Shown here piece by piece: positions 29,075 to 38,486 of a stretch of 64,000 nucleotides of DNA. The position numbers were made by a program, and so were the translations under genes. The stretch's first letter is position 1. Every line of letters begins with the position of its first letter. Origin of the DNA: an uncultured Planctomycetaceae bacterium (GTDB lineage Bacteria > Planctomycetota > Planctomycetia > Planctomycetales > Planctomycetaceae); NCBI GenBank assembly GCA_937916515.1, contig CALFSX010000011.1, positions 5,109-69,108 of the forward strand. The letters are read 5' to 3'. The notes under the pieces were generated by a model. It was not told the DNA's origin, searched no databases, and saw nothing but the letters and a program-made list of their open reading frames with translations.

Positions 29075-29449
29075 TCAGCTTTCGAGCGGCTGTCCGGCCG
29101 CCTTCCATCCGCTAAAGCCGCCATCCATGGAAATGACGTTTGAGTAGCCCATTTGCTGCAGGTTAAGTGCGGCCAACGCAGAACGGTACCCACCGCCACA
29201 ATACAGCACAATCGGGGCATTCTCATCGGAAATTGTTTTCTCAATATCGCGTTCAATCACGCCTTTTCCCAGATGAATCGCGTTGGGTAAGCGAGCCGCC
29301 GCAAACTCGCTTTCTTCGCGAACGTCAACCAGGTGAAACGATTCCCCCGACGCAATTCGGTCCACGACATCCTGAACAGTGCATTCCGTAATTTGTGGCC
29401 GGACGGCATTGACGATCTTCAGAAATCTTTCGGAATGAGCTTTCGCCAT
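29075..29449 (-). CDS. Rhodanese-like (sulfurtransferase) single-domain protein
   Basis: 124 aa with the active-site loop LYCGGGYRS, preceded by HLVDVREESEF. Confidence 0.85.
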   Translation of the reverse strand: MAKAHSERFLKIVNAVRPQITECTVQDVVDRIASGESFHLVDVREESEFAAARLPNAIHLGKGVIERDIEKTISDENAPIVLYCGGGYRSALAALNLQQMGYSNVISMDGGFSGWKAAGQPLES

Positions 29450-29613
29450 GTTTTTGATCCATGTAAATCTGATATCGAAGTGACAAATATCGTTGCGAAG
29501 TGGTTCGGGAAAGGCTGCCGTTATCGTCAGCTGGTCGTTTAATTTCGCAACGAACTGAGTTTCTGATTATAGAAACGGCTGGCTGCCGCGAAAGTGCTGA
29601 AGCTGGTTGCGTC

Positions 29614-29677
29614 GGAATATCGCATGGTTGTCACGGAATTGCATACGATTGCGTTGGAATCGCCCACAGTTGTCACG
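29614..29677 (+). repeat. Three tandem 21-nt units each starting GGAAT, in a divergent promoter region
   Basis: GGAATATCGCATGGTTGTCAC / GGAATTGCATACGATTGCGTT / GGAATCGCCCACAGTTGTCAC start at 29614, 29635 and 29656. Units 1 and 3 match at 16 of 21 positions by my count. Confidence 0.4.
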
Positions 29678-29753
29678 CTCGCTGTTGTTGCTACCTTGTG
29701 CTGCATACCTTTTCGAATCTATCACAGATATCTGGTCAACGAATTGAATCCTG

Positions 29754-30554
29754 ATGACAAGCCCTCACTGCCTGATCGCCGGCCAACCGATTTCACTTGC
29801 TGAAACGTCAACTCGCGCTGACGATTTTCACAATGATCGTGACAAAGCTGAAAAGCAGTTCCAGAAGCTGCGAGAAGAATTTATCCGCCAGCAGGCGCGA
29901 CTATATGCAGAAGGGAAGCAAAAACTGCTCATCGTTTTGCAGGCCATGGATGCTGGCGGCAAAGATGGCACCATTCGTCACTCGTTAAAGGGCGTGAATC
30001 CTCAGGGAGTTCAGGTGACGTCGTTTAAAAAGCCAACTACTGAAGAACTCGACCATGATTTTCTATGGCGAATTCACAAGGCTGTTCCTGGCCGAGGAAT
30101 GATTGGTGTTTTCAATCGCTCACACTACGAAGACGTTTTGGTTGTTCGAGTTCACAACTATGTGCCGGAATCCGTTTGGCGTCCGCGATACGAAATTATC
30201 AACCAGTTCGAAAAACACTTAACCAGCACAGGCACGACCCTTCTGAAGTTCTTTCTTCACATCTCCAAAGAAGAACAGAAAGAACGTTTTCAGGATCGCC
30301 TGAATGAACCGGAAAGCAATTGGAAGTTCGATCGAGAAGATCTTGAAAAACGCAAGTTCTGGGACGACTACCAATTGGCATTTCAGGATATGGTTAATAA
30401 CTGCACCACGAAACACGCTGCCTGGCACGTTATTCCAGGGGACCAGAAATGGTATCGCAACCTGGCGATTATGCAGGTGATCGTGGACACATTAAACCAA
30501 ATGAATCCGCAGTATCCACAGTCTGATGACCTGAGCGATGTTGTGCTGGAATAG
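29754..30554 (+). CDS. Polyphosphate kinase 2 (PPK2) family, single-domain
   Basis: Walker A QAMDAGGKDGTI, FLWRIH, FNRSHYEDVLVVRVH, and a lid region. The length is 266 aa. Confidence 0.9.
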   Translation: MTSPHCLIAGQPISLAETSTRADDFHNDRDKAEKQFQKLREEFIRQQARLYAEGKQKLLIVLQAMDAGGKDGTIRHSLKGVNPQGVQVTSFKKPTTEELDHDFLWRIHKAVPGRGMIGVFNRSHYEDVLVVRVHNYVPESVWRPRYEIINQFEKHLTSTGTTLLKFFLHISKEEQKERFQDRLNEPESNWKFDREDLEKRKFWDDYQLAFQDMVNNCTTKHAAWHVIPGDQKWYRNLAIMQVIVDTLNQMNPQYPQSDDLSDVVLE

Positions 30555-30578
30555 CGAATTAAATGGGTGGCACGTTTG

Positions 30579-31361
30579 TTATTGTTTGCCTTCTTCGCGG
30601 TTGGACCACCATGGCAGTCCAACGCCACCATCCATCGTCATCGTGCTGCCCGTCATGTAGGCTGCGTCTTCGCTGAGTGTGAAGCAGACGCCTTTCGCCA
30701 TTTCTTCCGGTGTGCCCATGCGGTTCATCGGCAAAGATTTTGAACCGGCTTCGATTTGCTCTTCAGAAAAGAACTTGCGTTCACCTGGAGTATCAATCCA
30801 GCCTGGGTGAAAAATATTCACTCGAATGCCGTGGCGAACCAGTTCAATTGCTGCAGTGCGAGCCATATGATCAATGGCGGCCTTTGACATGTTGTAGGCC
30901 ATTGCGGTCGGAATCGGAAGAATGGCGTGGGGCGAGCTGACAACGGTGATCGCTCCGCCATTTCCCTGTTTCAACATCTGTTGCGAAGCCGCTCGCACAC
31001 CAAAAAACGCGCCCCACATAGAAACGTCGACGGTGCGTTTAAAGCCTTTCATGTCGGCCTTAACCATCAGTTCACGATCGCTGTAAACGGCGTTGCTGAC
31101 AAACAGGTCCAGGCTGCCGAATTCGCTGACGGTCTTTTGAACCATGTCTTCAACCGCTTCCTGATCGGAAACGTCTGCGGCAACAACAAGTGCCTTGCGG
31201 CCCAAAGCACGAATCTGCTCAGCCACTGCTTCCGCATCCTTGACGCTGGAATTGCAATTTAAAGTGACGTTGGCTCCGCCCTTCGCCAGTTCAATCGCAA
31301 TCGCGGCTCCGATGCCTTTTGACGAACCGGTGACCAGAGCATTTTTTCCAGAAAATTTCAT
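30579..31361 (-). CDS. SDR family oxidoreductase
   Basis: TGSSKGIGAAIA dinucleotide motif, NAV, and catalytic YNMSKAA. Confidence 0.88.
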   Translation of the reverse strand: MKFSGKNALVTGSSKGIGAAIAIELAKGGANVTLNCNSSVKDAEAVAEQIRALGRKALVVAADVSDQEAVEDMVQKTVSEFGSLDLFVSNAVYSDRELMVKADMKGFKRTVDVSMWGAFFGVRAASQQMLKQGNGGAITVVSSPHAILPIPTAMAYNMSKAAIDHMARTAAIELVRHGIRVNIFHPGWIDTPGERKFFSEEQIEAGSKSLPMNRMGTPEEMAKGVCFTLSEDAAYMTGSTMTMDGGVGLPWWSNREEGKQ

Positions 31362-31687
31362 TCCGCGGGCTTTCACTGTTCCATCAAAATACGTTCAGAA
31401 CGCACATTCTAACGAGGTAATGCCTCAGACCAATCGAACTCGCGATTGGAAACGCGACTTCGTCGCTTAGAAAACGCGGCTTAGCGTGAGCAAGTTCGCT
31501 GAAACCCAAGTTTAACGGGTTTTCGAAGTCTTGCGACTGTCTGCGAACGATTGCTGGTCGAGAGTGGAATACGGCGGAATTCCCGAGGCTTGCGGTAGAG
31601 CCAGTTTCAAGCAGGGAATGCTTCCATCCTGTGAAGCGTGCTGCAGAAGAGAAAATTCGATCATCTCGCTGAGAATTCCGTGAGTGC

Positions 31688-32932
31688 CTATTCGACACCA
31701 ATCGGAATAGCGGTCGAATCCTGAGTCACCGGTCCGGTCGGAGTTCCATCGGCGTGGGACGATCGCTGGATTCCGCCACGCAGCACCGTTCGATCGGACG
31801 TGCCGACACAGAATGTCCGAAAAGAGAAGTTGGCTTTCGTGTGGTCGCCACAAACGCTCTTGAGTGTTCGGCGGATCACAAAATTTTCCGGCGATGCTTT
31901 CAGTTTTTGGAAATAGCCCAACTTCTGCGTGCGAGTTGCTGATTCTGCGACAAGCGGTTTTAGAACATCCATCGAATTGTCTGTTCGAAAGATGAAGTCA
32001 CTCATATTTTTAGTGGCTGCCCGAAATGCAGACTTGTCTCCCACGTCAATCGTCGGAACGGTTGGCAACGCTGGTTCTTTGCCCAGATAGAAGCGAATCA
32101 TCTGAGGGATTAGCCGCGATACCTTTCGACTGTTGAACAGCCCCGTGCCGGGAGCATTCAAGACGGTTACCAGGCCTCGGCGAGCTCCCCGAACCAGGCC
32201 ACGAACTCCCTGAAGAGATTCCGCCCGAAAGCTGTTAGGGTCCAGGTCGTCGTCCTGCAATCGGCGAATCACCAGGCTCACTTTTTGATCTGAGCACACG
32301 CTTGTTTGAAACAGTCCGGTGCGCTGCATTTCCAACTGTCGCTGACTCATGTAGGGAAGCCCCAGAAAGTCAGCCAGAAAACGATTTTCACGATATGTCG
32401 TGTTGAACGTTGACGAGCCCAGTACAACGGCTGTTGAATCGGAATTTCTGAATTGTTGCAAACTGGATTTGGCGGCAGCTGAGAAACTTTCCAGGTTTGC
32501 TGAAAGTGTCTTGTTCTGCGTTTCCGCCAGCAGCCTGCTGAAAGTGCCCAGGCCATAAGGACAGCAGTAGTGGTCGTCTACAAACCACATTTGACCATCG
32601 CTGTCACAGGTGAGATCGACGGCAGCCAACCAGATTCGGCGTTGGAAGCTGGGAAGGGCGGTTACAAGGTGCTCTCTGGCATTCAGAATTGACTTTCCGA
32701 TTGTTCCAATAGAATCCAATCGGCTTAAGAAGCGAAACTTTCCGGCGACATCTGCGAGAAATAATTCCACCGCTTCCATGCGTTCAAGAACGGCCTCTTC
32801 GACAGTCTTCCACGTAAGTGCATCAATGCACGGAATTTGATTCGACGAGGGTGGAATCAATTCCACAGCGGTCCGGTCTTTGTTTTGACTTATCACCACA
32901 ACGTACTCCAACGATCTGTGCGATCCATGCAC
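31688..32932 (-). CDS. Circularly permuted ATP-grasp type 2 family protein (divergent, N-terminally short)
   Basis: Blocks collinear with the family as I recall it: IWLAAVDLTCDSDGQMWFVDDHYCCPYGLG; VVLGSSTFNTTYRENRFLADFLGLPY; VSLVIRRLQDDDLDPNSFRAESLQGVRGLVRGARRGLVTVLNAPGTGLFNSRKVSRLIPQMIRFYLGKEPALPTVPT; and the C-terminal RGGIQRSS...G. GTG start. Confidence 0.6.
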   Translation of the reverse strand: MHGSHRSLEYVVVISQNKDRTAVELIPPSSNQIPCIDALTWKTVEEAVLERMEAVELFLADVAGKFRFLSRLDSIGTIGKSILNAREHLVTALPSFQRRIWLAAVDLTCDSDGQMWFVDDHYCCPYGLGTFSRLLAETQNKTLSANLESFSAAAKSSLQQFRNSDSTAVVLGSSTFNTTYRENRFLADFLGLPYMSQRQLEMQRTGLFQTSVCSDQKVSLVIRRLQDDDLDPNSFRAESLQGVRGLVRGARRGLVTVLNAPGTGLFNSRKVSRLIPQMIRFYLGKEPALPTVPTIDVGDKSAFRAATKNMSDFIFRTDNSMDVLKPLVAESATRTQKLGYFQKLKASPENFVIRRTLKSVCGDHTKANFSFRTFCVGTSDRTVLRGGIQRSSHADGTPTGPVTQDSTAIPIGVE

Positions 32933-33200
32933 AGGCAGGAAGTGACAGCATATCGATTTCTTCCAATAGCAAACGACATGCCATTTGACCGTTTTGGCGG
33001 ATCATCATCAATTTCAAGAGAAACGGTACCTGGGAAGCTGACCGGGCAACATCAAGTGCCACCAAATCAGGCATTTTTGCCTCGCGAGAGAGTCACATGC
33101 TCAAGTAACTGGCCCACGTTTCAAAACGTCCGGATACTGCGATGTTTAACTGAGAGCCTGACTGAAAAAGATGCGTGCACGGTGCACGCATCATTGCTTA

Positions 33201-33283
33201 TAGCGACAACGGAGCGGCTCGGCGGTTTGAACTGTCCACGTCCTTCCGCACACCACGCCACCGGGTCAAGGGCGAAACCCTTG
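33201..33283 (+). repeat. Copy C of the roughly 75-83-nt intergenic repeat family (long form with TAGCGACAA prefix)
   Basis: TAGCGACAACGGAGCGGCTCGGCGG ... CCACGCCACCGGGTCAAGGGCGAAACCCTTG. Close to 85% identical by eye to copy D. Confidence 0.8.
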
Positions 33284-33388
33284 TTTGGGGATGCTCGTTT
33301 TCATTCCGCGAATGAACGCGTAGACGCACTTTCGCGGAGCGATCGGCAGCCAACTTCGTCCACAACAAAAGGTGAACAGCCAAAACTG

Positions 33389-34087
33389 TTATTTGCGAAC
33401 GCTGGATAGACCGCCGTCGATTGCAAGTATCTGTCCGGTCATCCAACTGGAGTCTGGCGACAGCAGAAAACAGGCGGCAGCCGCAATGTCATCGACGGTT
33501 CCGGTTCTGGCCAACGGGTACTTTTCCCCGAGCGCAGCCGCGCGGGCTTCGTCACTGAAGAAACGGGCTGTCAGCGGAGTGTTAGTCAAAGCCGGGGCGA
33601 TGCAGTTCACTCGGACATCCGGCGAAAATTCAGCGGCCAAAGTGCGAGTCAACGCTTCAATGGCTCCTTTTGACGCAGCAATCGAAGCGTGAGCCGGCAT
33701 GCCCTGTCCGACGGCGACGGTGCTAAACATGACGATACTGCCAGACCCGGAAGCCTTGACAGCGTTAAGCCCCGCCTGAACAACACGGATGGCACCGACG
33801 ACATTTAGTTCGAAGTCCTGTCGGAAAGCGTCAGGCGAAAGTGCCCGAAACGGCTTCAGGTTTATTGAACCTGGGCAATAGACCAAACCATGGATTTCGC
33901 CTGGAAGTTGATCTGAGTTCAGATCATCCAACGCTACGTCAAATATTATGTGATTGACATCAAGATCCTGATGATCCCACGTGCGGCTTAACACCGTCAC
34001 ATGGTGGCCGTCGTTCAATAATCGACGAACAATCCCGTGACCAATTCCCTTCGAACCACCGACCACCACATAGTTTTTTGTGCTCAT
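33389..34087 (-). CDS. SDR family oxidoreductase
   Basis: VVGGSKGIGHGI dinucleotide motif and catalytic region SIAASKGAIEALT. The length is 232 aa. Confidence 0.82.
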   Translation of the reverse strand: MSTKNYVVVGGSKGIGHGIVRRLLNDGHHVTVLSRTWDHQDLDVNHIIFDVALDDLNSDQLPGEIHGLVYCPGSINLKPFRALSPDAFRQDFELNVVGAIRVVQAGLNAVKASGSGSIVMFSTVAVGQGMPAHASIAASKGAIEALTRTLAAEFSPDVRVNCIAPALTNTPLTARFFSDEARAAALGEKYPLARTGTVDDIAAAACFLLSPDSSWMTGQILAIDGGLSSVRK

Positions 34088-34258
34088 CGCCGCTGTTGCT
34101 CCTGAATCGAGTCGCCCAGGATATCGAGCGCGATACCCATCCGTCTCGTCATGTTCAGGTTATAGAACGCTACCTGGATTTGGACATCAGAAAACAGCGT
34201 CTGCCTTTGGAGGAGCGTAAGGCATTAGGGTTCGATTTGGGGGCCAACGGCTAAGCGG

Positions 34259-34480
34259 CTAATAGTGAGGCGGCTTTTCCAGTTCCGCGTCACGTTCTTC
34301 TCCGCCTTCGCTTAGTGATTCCAACTCATGCTCAATGCGCGTGAACCTGTCTTCAAACTTACGCAGGCGTCGAAAGTGTTCGGTTAGAGACGCATTCAAT
34401 GTTTCCACGTCGTGCTGCAGATGAGCCAAAGCAGACTCGATTCGAACGAAGCGTTCTTCATTCAGTTCACTTGACGACAT
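34259..34480 (-). CDS. slyX: SlyX family protein
   Basis: 73-aa coiled-coil protein (RIESALAHLQHDVETLNASL...) ending in PPHY, as E. coli SlyX does. Confidence 0.75.
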   Translation of the reverse strand: MSSSELNEERFVRIESALAHLQHDVETLNASLTEHFRRLRKFEDRFTRIEHELESLSEGGEERDAELEKPPHY

Positions 34481-34567
34481 TTTAACGACACCTTTTGCGC
34501 AGATGTATGACGCTACATCGACAATGAAGAATTGCGAAACGTGGGCTGAATGTGCGAACCGACTGCG

Positions 34568-35791
34568 TTACATGTCCTGTCCGGTAAGTCGAGCGACTTC
34601 GTTGACATCTTTGTCGCCTCGACCAGACAGGCAAACCACAATGACTTCATCCTTGTTTCGCTGTGCGGCAGCTTTCATGGCGTAGGCAATTGCGTGAGAT
34701 GTTTCAATGGCCGGAAGAATGCCTTCCGTTTGAGCCATCGTTTGAAATGCCTGCAACGCTTCGTCATCGTTGGCGCTGACATAGTTGACTCGACCAGTGT
34801 CTTTCCAATAACTGTGTTCCGGGCCAACGCCAGGATAGTCCAGGCCGGCAGAAATTGAATGGACATCTGAAGTTTGGCCATCGTGATCCTGCAGTACATA
34901 GCTGTAACTGCCATGCAGAATGCCGGGTTTGCCATAGGTCAGCGTGCAAGCGTGATCGCCCGCATTCGGACCTCGACCGCCAGCTTCCACTCCGGTCAAT
35001 GCCACACCTTCGTCATCAACAAATGGATAGAACATTCCTGCAGAATTCGATCCGCCTCCAACGCATGCAATCACTTCATCCGGCAGACGACCGATATTTT
35101 CCAGAGACTGTTCGCGAGCTTCTCGGCCAATCACGGATTGGAAGTCTCTAACCATCATTGGGAACGGATGAGGGCCGACGACACTGCCAATGATGTAATG
35201 AGTATCGCGGACGGATGCCATCCAGTCTCGCATGGCTTCGTTAATCGCGTCTCGCAAAGTGCGGCTGCCGGTGGTGACCGGGCAAACCTTCGCCCCCATG
35301 GTTCGCATGATAAACACGTTCAGCTTCTGCCGCCGCACGTCTTCTTCACCCATGTAAACAACGCATGGGAAACCAAATCGTGCACACGCTGTCGCTGTGG
35401 CAACACCATGCTGACCGGCCCCCGTTTCGGCGATAATGCGAGTCTTTCCCATGCGTTTGGTCAGCAGCACCTGTCCGATGGTGTTGTTGATTTTGTGAGC
35501 ACCGGTCAGGTTCAGGTCTTCTCGCTTAAAGAAGATTTTCGCTCCGCCGCACTTTTCGGTCAGGCGTTCTGCAAAATACAACGGGTTGGGGCGACCGACG
35601 TAGTTTTTCAGCAGGTCACGAAACTCGCGATCGAATTCCGGATCTTTTTTTGCGTCTTCATACGCCTGAGCAAGTTCGTCCAGCGCGAACATCAGTGTTT
35701 CGGGAACGTATCGCCGCCCGTATTCACCAAATCGTCCACGTTCATCGGGAACAGCGCTAATTGGGGGATGTGTCGAAGTATCAGTTGCCAT
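34568..35791 (-). CDS. trpB: Tryptophan synthase beta chain
   Basis: [37 protein letters not shown], and the conserved C-terminus. ATG at 35791. No trpA is adjacent. Confidence 0.95.
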   Translation of the reverse strand: MATDTSTHPPISAVPDERGRFGEYGRRYVPETLMFALDELAQAYEDAKKDPEFDREFRDLLKNYVGRPNPLYFAERLTEKCGGAKIFFKREDLNLTGAHKINNTIGQVLLTKRMGKTRIIAETGAGQHGVATATACARFGFPCVVYMGEEDVRRQKLNVFIMRTMGAKVCPVTTGSRTLRDAINEAMRDWMASVRDTHYIIGSVVGPHPFPMMVRDFQSVIGREAREQSLENIGRLPDEVIACVGGGSNSAGMFYPFVDDEGVALTGVEAGGRGPNAGDHACTLTYGKPGILHGSYSYVLQDHDGQTSDVHSISAGLDYPGVGPEHSYWKDTGRVNYVSANDDEALQAFQTMAQTEGILPAIETSHAIAYAMKAAAQRNKDEVIVVCLSGRGDKDVNEVARLTGQDM

Positions 35792-36336
35792 GTGGCCTAT
35801 TTCTGATGCGTTTGAAGCGAATTTTTTACTCGGCAAAGGAGTTCTGAATCCGATTCTAGCCTTAAATACTGGAAGTCAAAACGATCGGCCCTTCAGCACG
35901 GTGAATTCAGGACGATTGGAAGTCATTAGCCGGATAGAGTTCACGAAATCAGCACAGAGGTCAATTCAGAAGCGGGTTTGCTTCTGAACACCGCCCACGT
36001 TTCCGGCTCTTGAAGGAAAGGCAAGTGTCCCGTAACACGACGTTTCTGTTGGGTGTCAAACACAGTCTGGCGATGATTGTTTGCCGCAATGTTCGCCGAA
36101 GGTTGGACACCATTGACAGAGCGTGGGCCCACGAAAAGTCCGAAAAATCGAGTCAGTCAGTCCTGTTAGCGACTCTTCCACGAGAAATTCCAGCGAGGCG
36201 GCAAAAAAACGTCACTGGCAGCGATAAATGCTGAACATTAAACTGCAATTTTCCGCGATGGGCCGTCCGGAGACTTTTCCCACTTTGAAAAGTGTTTTTC
36301 TAGACGCGACGCAACGAAGTGTCGCCGGAGCAAAAA

Positions 36337-37287
36337 ATGCGTTTGATTATTACTGGTGGTGCGGGCTTTATCGGAAGTCATATTGCCGAAAAAGCCCTGG
36401 CCAAGGGATGGTCCGTGGCCGTTATTGACAATTTGTGTTCAGGCCGCAAAGAAAACGTTCCGGCGGGAGCTGAGTTTCACGAAGTGGATATCCGCGACAA
36501 AGAAGCGGTTGATCGCGTGTTCGCCGGTTTTAAGCCGACAGCGGTCACTCACCAGGCAGCTCAGGCCAGTGTGGCCATCAGTGTTCGCGAACCACAAATG
36601 GATGCGTCAGTCAATATTGCGGGCTCGCTGAACATCATGACCGCCTGCGTTGACAATAAAGTTCAGCGATTGGTTTTCGCCAGCACAGGTGGTGCGATTT
36701 ACGGCGAAGTGCCGGAAGGCGTCAAAGCCGGAATCGATTTCAATCCTGTTCCAATCAGCCCCTATGCCTGCAGCAAGTTTGCCGTTGAGAAGTATCTGGA
36801 ATGCTTTCGACAGGAGCACGGATTGAATTACACGGTGCTGCGATACGCCAACGTTTATGGTCCTCGACAGGACCCTCACGGAGAAGCGGGCGTCGTCGCG
36901 ATTTTCTGCAACCGAATTCTGGCGGGTGAACCGATCAAGGTAAACGCCAAGCGAGAAGTTGGAGACGAAGGCTGTATTCGAGATTACGTGTATATCGAAA
37001 ATGTGGCCGCTGCCAACATCGCCGCGCTGGAAGGAAAGATTCCTGATCCGATTTTGAACGTCGGCACCGGGCACGAAACGACAACTCAGCAGCTAGCGGA
37101 AATTCTGCAGCAGAAACTGGGCAAGACAATTGACGTGTCACCAAGTGAAAAGCGAGCTGGGGATATTGAACGTTCTTTGCTGAACGCGGATCGCCTGGTT
37201 GAACTTCTGGGACCAGTTGTGGGCATCGACCAGGGACTGGAAGAAACAGGAGCCTGGTTCAGCGACCGACTGGCGAAGCAGTCGTAG
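36337..37287 (+). CDS. NAD-dependent epimerase/dehydratase (UDP-glucose 4-epimerase-like extended SDR)
   Basis: ITGGAGFIGSH, catalytic YACSK, and RYANVYGPRQ. ATG at 36337. Confidence 0.85.
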   Translation: MRLIITGGAGFIGSHIAEKALAKGWSVAVIDNLCSGRKENVPAGAEFHEVDIRDKEAVDRVFAGFKPTAVTHQAAQASVAISVREPQMDASVNIAGSLNIMTACVDNKVQRLVFASTGGAIYGEVPEGVKAGIDFNPVPISPYACSKFAVEKYLECFRQEHGLNYTVLRYANVYGPRQDPHGEAGVVAIFCNRILAGEPIKVNAKREVGDEGCIRDYVYIENVAAANIAALEGKIPDPILNVGTGHETTTQQLAEILQQKLGKTIDVSPSEKRAGDIERSLLNADRLVELLGPVVGIDQGLEETGAWFSDRLAKQS

Positions 37288-37359
37288 AGAAACTGTCGGG
37301 ATCGACCATCACAGTCTTTCCACTGCGACGACTGACTGAAATCAACGCACATTGAGGGC

Positions 37360-37398
37360 AACGACGCTTAGCCTTAATTTTCAAGGCTAAGCGTCGTT
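37360..37398 (+). terminator. Strong hairpin between the epimerase and NUDIX genes (terminator or attenuator candidate)
   Basis: AACGACGCTTAGCCTT (37360-37375), loop AATTTTC, AAGGCTAAGCGTCGTT (37383-37398). This is a perfect 16-bp stem, and the downstream tract CTGTGTAG is only weakly U-rich. Confidence 0.5.
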
Positions 37399-37418
37399 CT
37401 GTGTAGAAGTCACCCACG

Positions 37419-37937
37419 ATGAATCGACTGTGGCAAATCGTATTTCGGGCTGCCTATCTCTTAGCACATGGCTATTGGTTTGTGGCGCGTCCCTCAACCA
37501 AAGGGGCCTATGTTGCGGTTTGGGTGAACGACCGGGTTCTTGTGATTCGCAATTCTTACAAGCGAGTTTTCTCGCTGCCTGCCGGAGGCGTTGATCGCAG
37601 TGAAACGTTTCGCGCAGCGGCTGCACGCGAACTTTGTGAAGAAGTGGGCGTTTGCATTGCAGAAACCGACCTGACGGAATTCGGCACGTATCAGTGTTTC
37701 GAAGAATACAAACACGACACCACTGTTGTCTTTGAACTGCAGCTTGATTGTGAACCGACTTTAAGCCCGGACAATCGAGAAGTTGTGTGCGCGGAGTTTG
37801 CTGATCTGGATGAAGTTCAACAGCTGCCGCTTTCTGAAACACTGCGTAAATACCTGATTGATGCGATGGCGCAGCGAAGTCAACGTTGTCCGGACTCGGT
37901 TTCTACGTCGCAATTTGCCGACGCCTGTCCGCGTTAG
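37419..37937 (+). CDS. NUDIX hydrolase
   Basis: NUDIX box GGVDRSETFRAAAARELCEEVGV (G-x5-E-x7-R-E-x-x-E-E-x-G). Confidence 0.85.
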   Translation: MNRLWQIVFRAAYLLAHGYWFVARPSTKGAYVAVWVNDRVLVIRNSYKRVFSLPAGGVDRSETFRAAAARELCEEVGVCIAETDLTEFGTYQCFEEYKHDTTVVFELQLDCEPTLSPDNREVVCAEFADLDEVQQLPLSETLRKYLIDAMAQRSQRCPDSVSTSQFADACPR

Positions 37938-38486
37938 ACTTATGATTTCACGAGACTTGCTTGCATTGAGTGAAGTTTCCTGAGCGACAACGGAGCGTTT
38001 CCGAGCGGTAGCTGGAATGGTCTGAGGCACTGCCTCGTTGGACTTCTGATTTCCAGTAAGTTCTTCAGGTTGGTTCACAGTCACTTGCCTTCAGACGAGG
38101 TCCGCTTTCGTTCGCCGAAAGTACGCACCGACGCTTTTTGCGGCAGCGACAGGCACCAGTTTCGTCCGCAACAAAAGATAAGTTGCTTCGGCGGCGCCAT
38201 CTTTGGTCGGGAAATTGCCCACACGTCTTTCTGGTGTTCTGGTTTCGCAGGTTTTCACTGCATCAGCCGCAATCAGGTTGTTGGAAAAGGCAGGCTTTTC
38301 CGATTGCTGGGCAACTTTTGCTCAGGACAACAATAAGACAAAGTTGACGGGTTCCGCATTGTGCTTAAACCGCGTGCGGGGCTTGCAACGGCGAAACGAC
38401 GGATCTGGCAGACGGGCTCTCTGCTTTTCCCTTGCCGCAATTGGTTTTGCCGTCGGTCGAATTGTCCCGTTTCAATCGTTGCTTCC

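Noticed and set aside
28992-29108. N-terminal extension of the DUF2760 ORF
   Set aside because: It would overlap the rhodanese gene's 3' end by 34 nt. The family-typical N-terminus MGRLGLAF begins at the internal ATG 28991.
29614-29677. CRISPR-like array
   Set aside because: There are only three contiguous 21-nt units with no spacers and no cas genes. This is not a CRISPR array. No CRISPR is present anywhere in the window.
35965-35988. Hairpin TTCAGAAGC-GGGTTT-GCTTCTGAA in the trpB/epimerase gap as a terminator or sRNA end
   Set aside because: There is no U-tract on either strand and no upstream gene that it could terminate. Evidence is insufficient.
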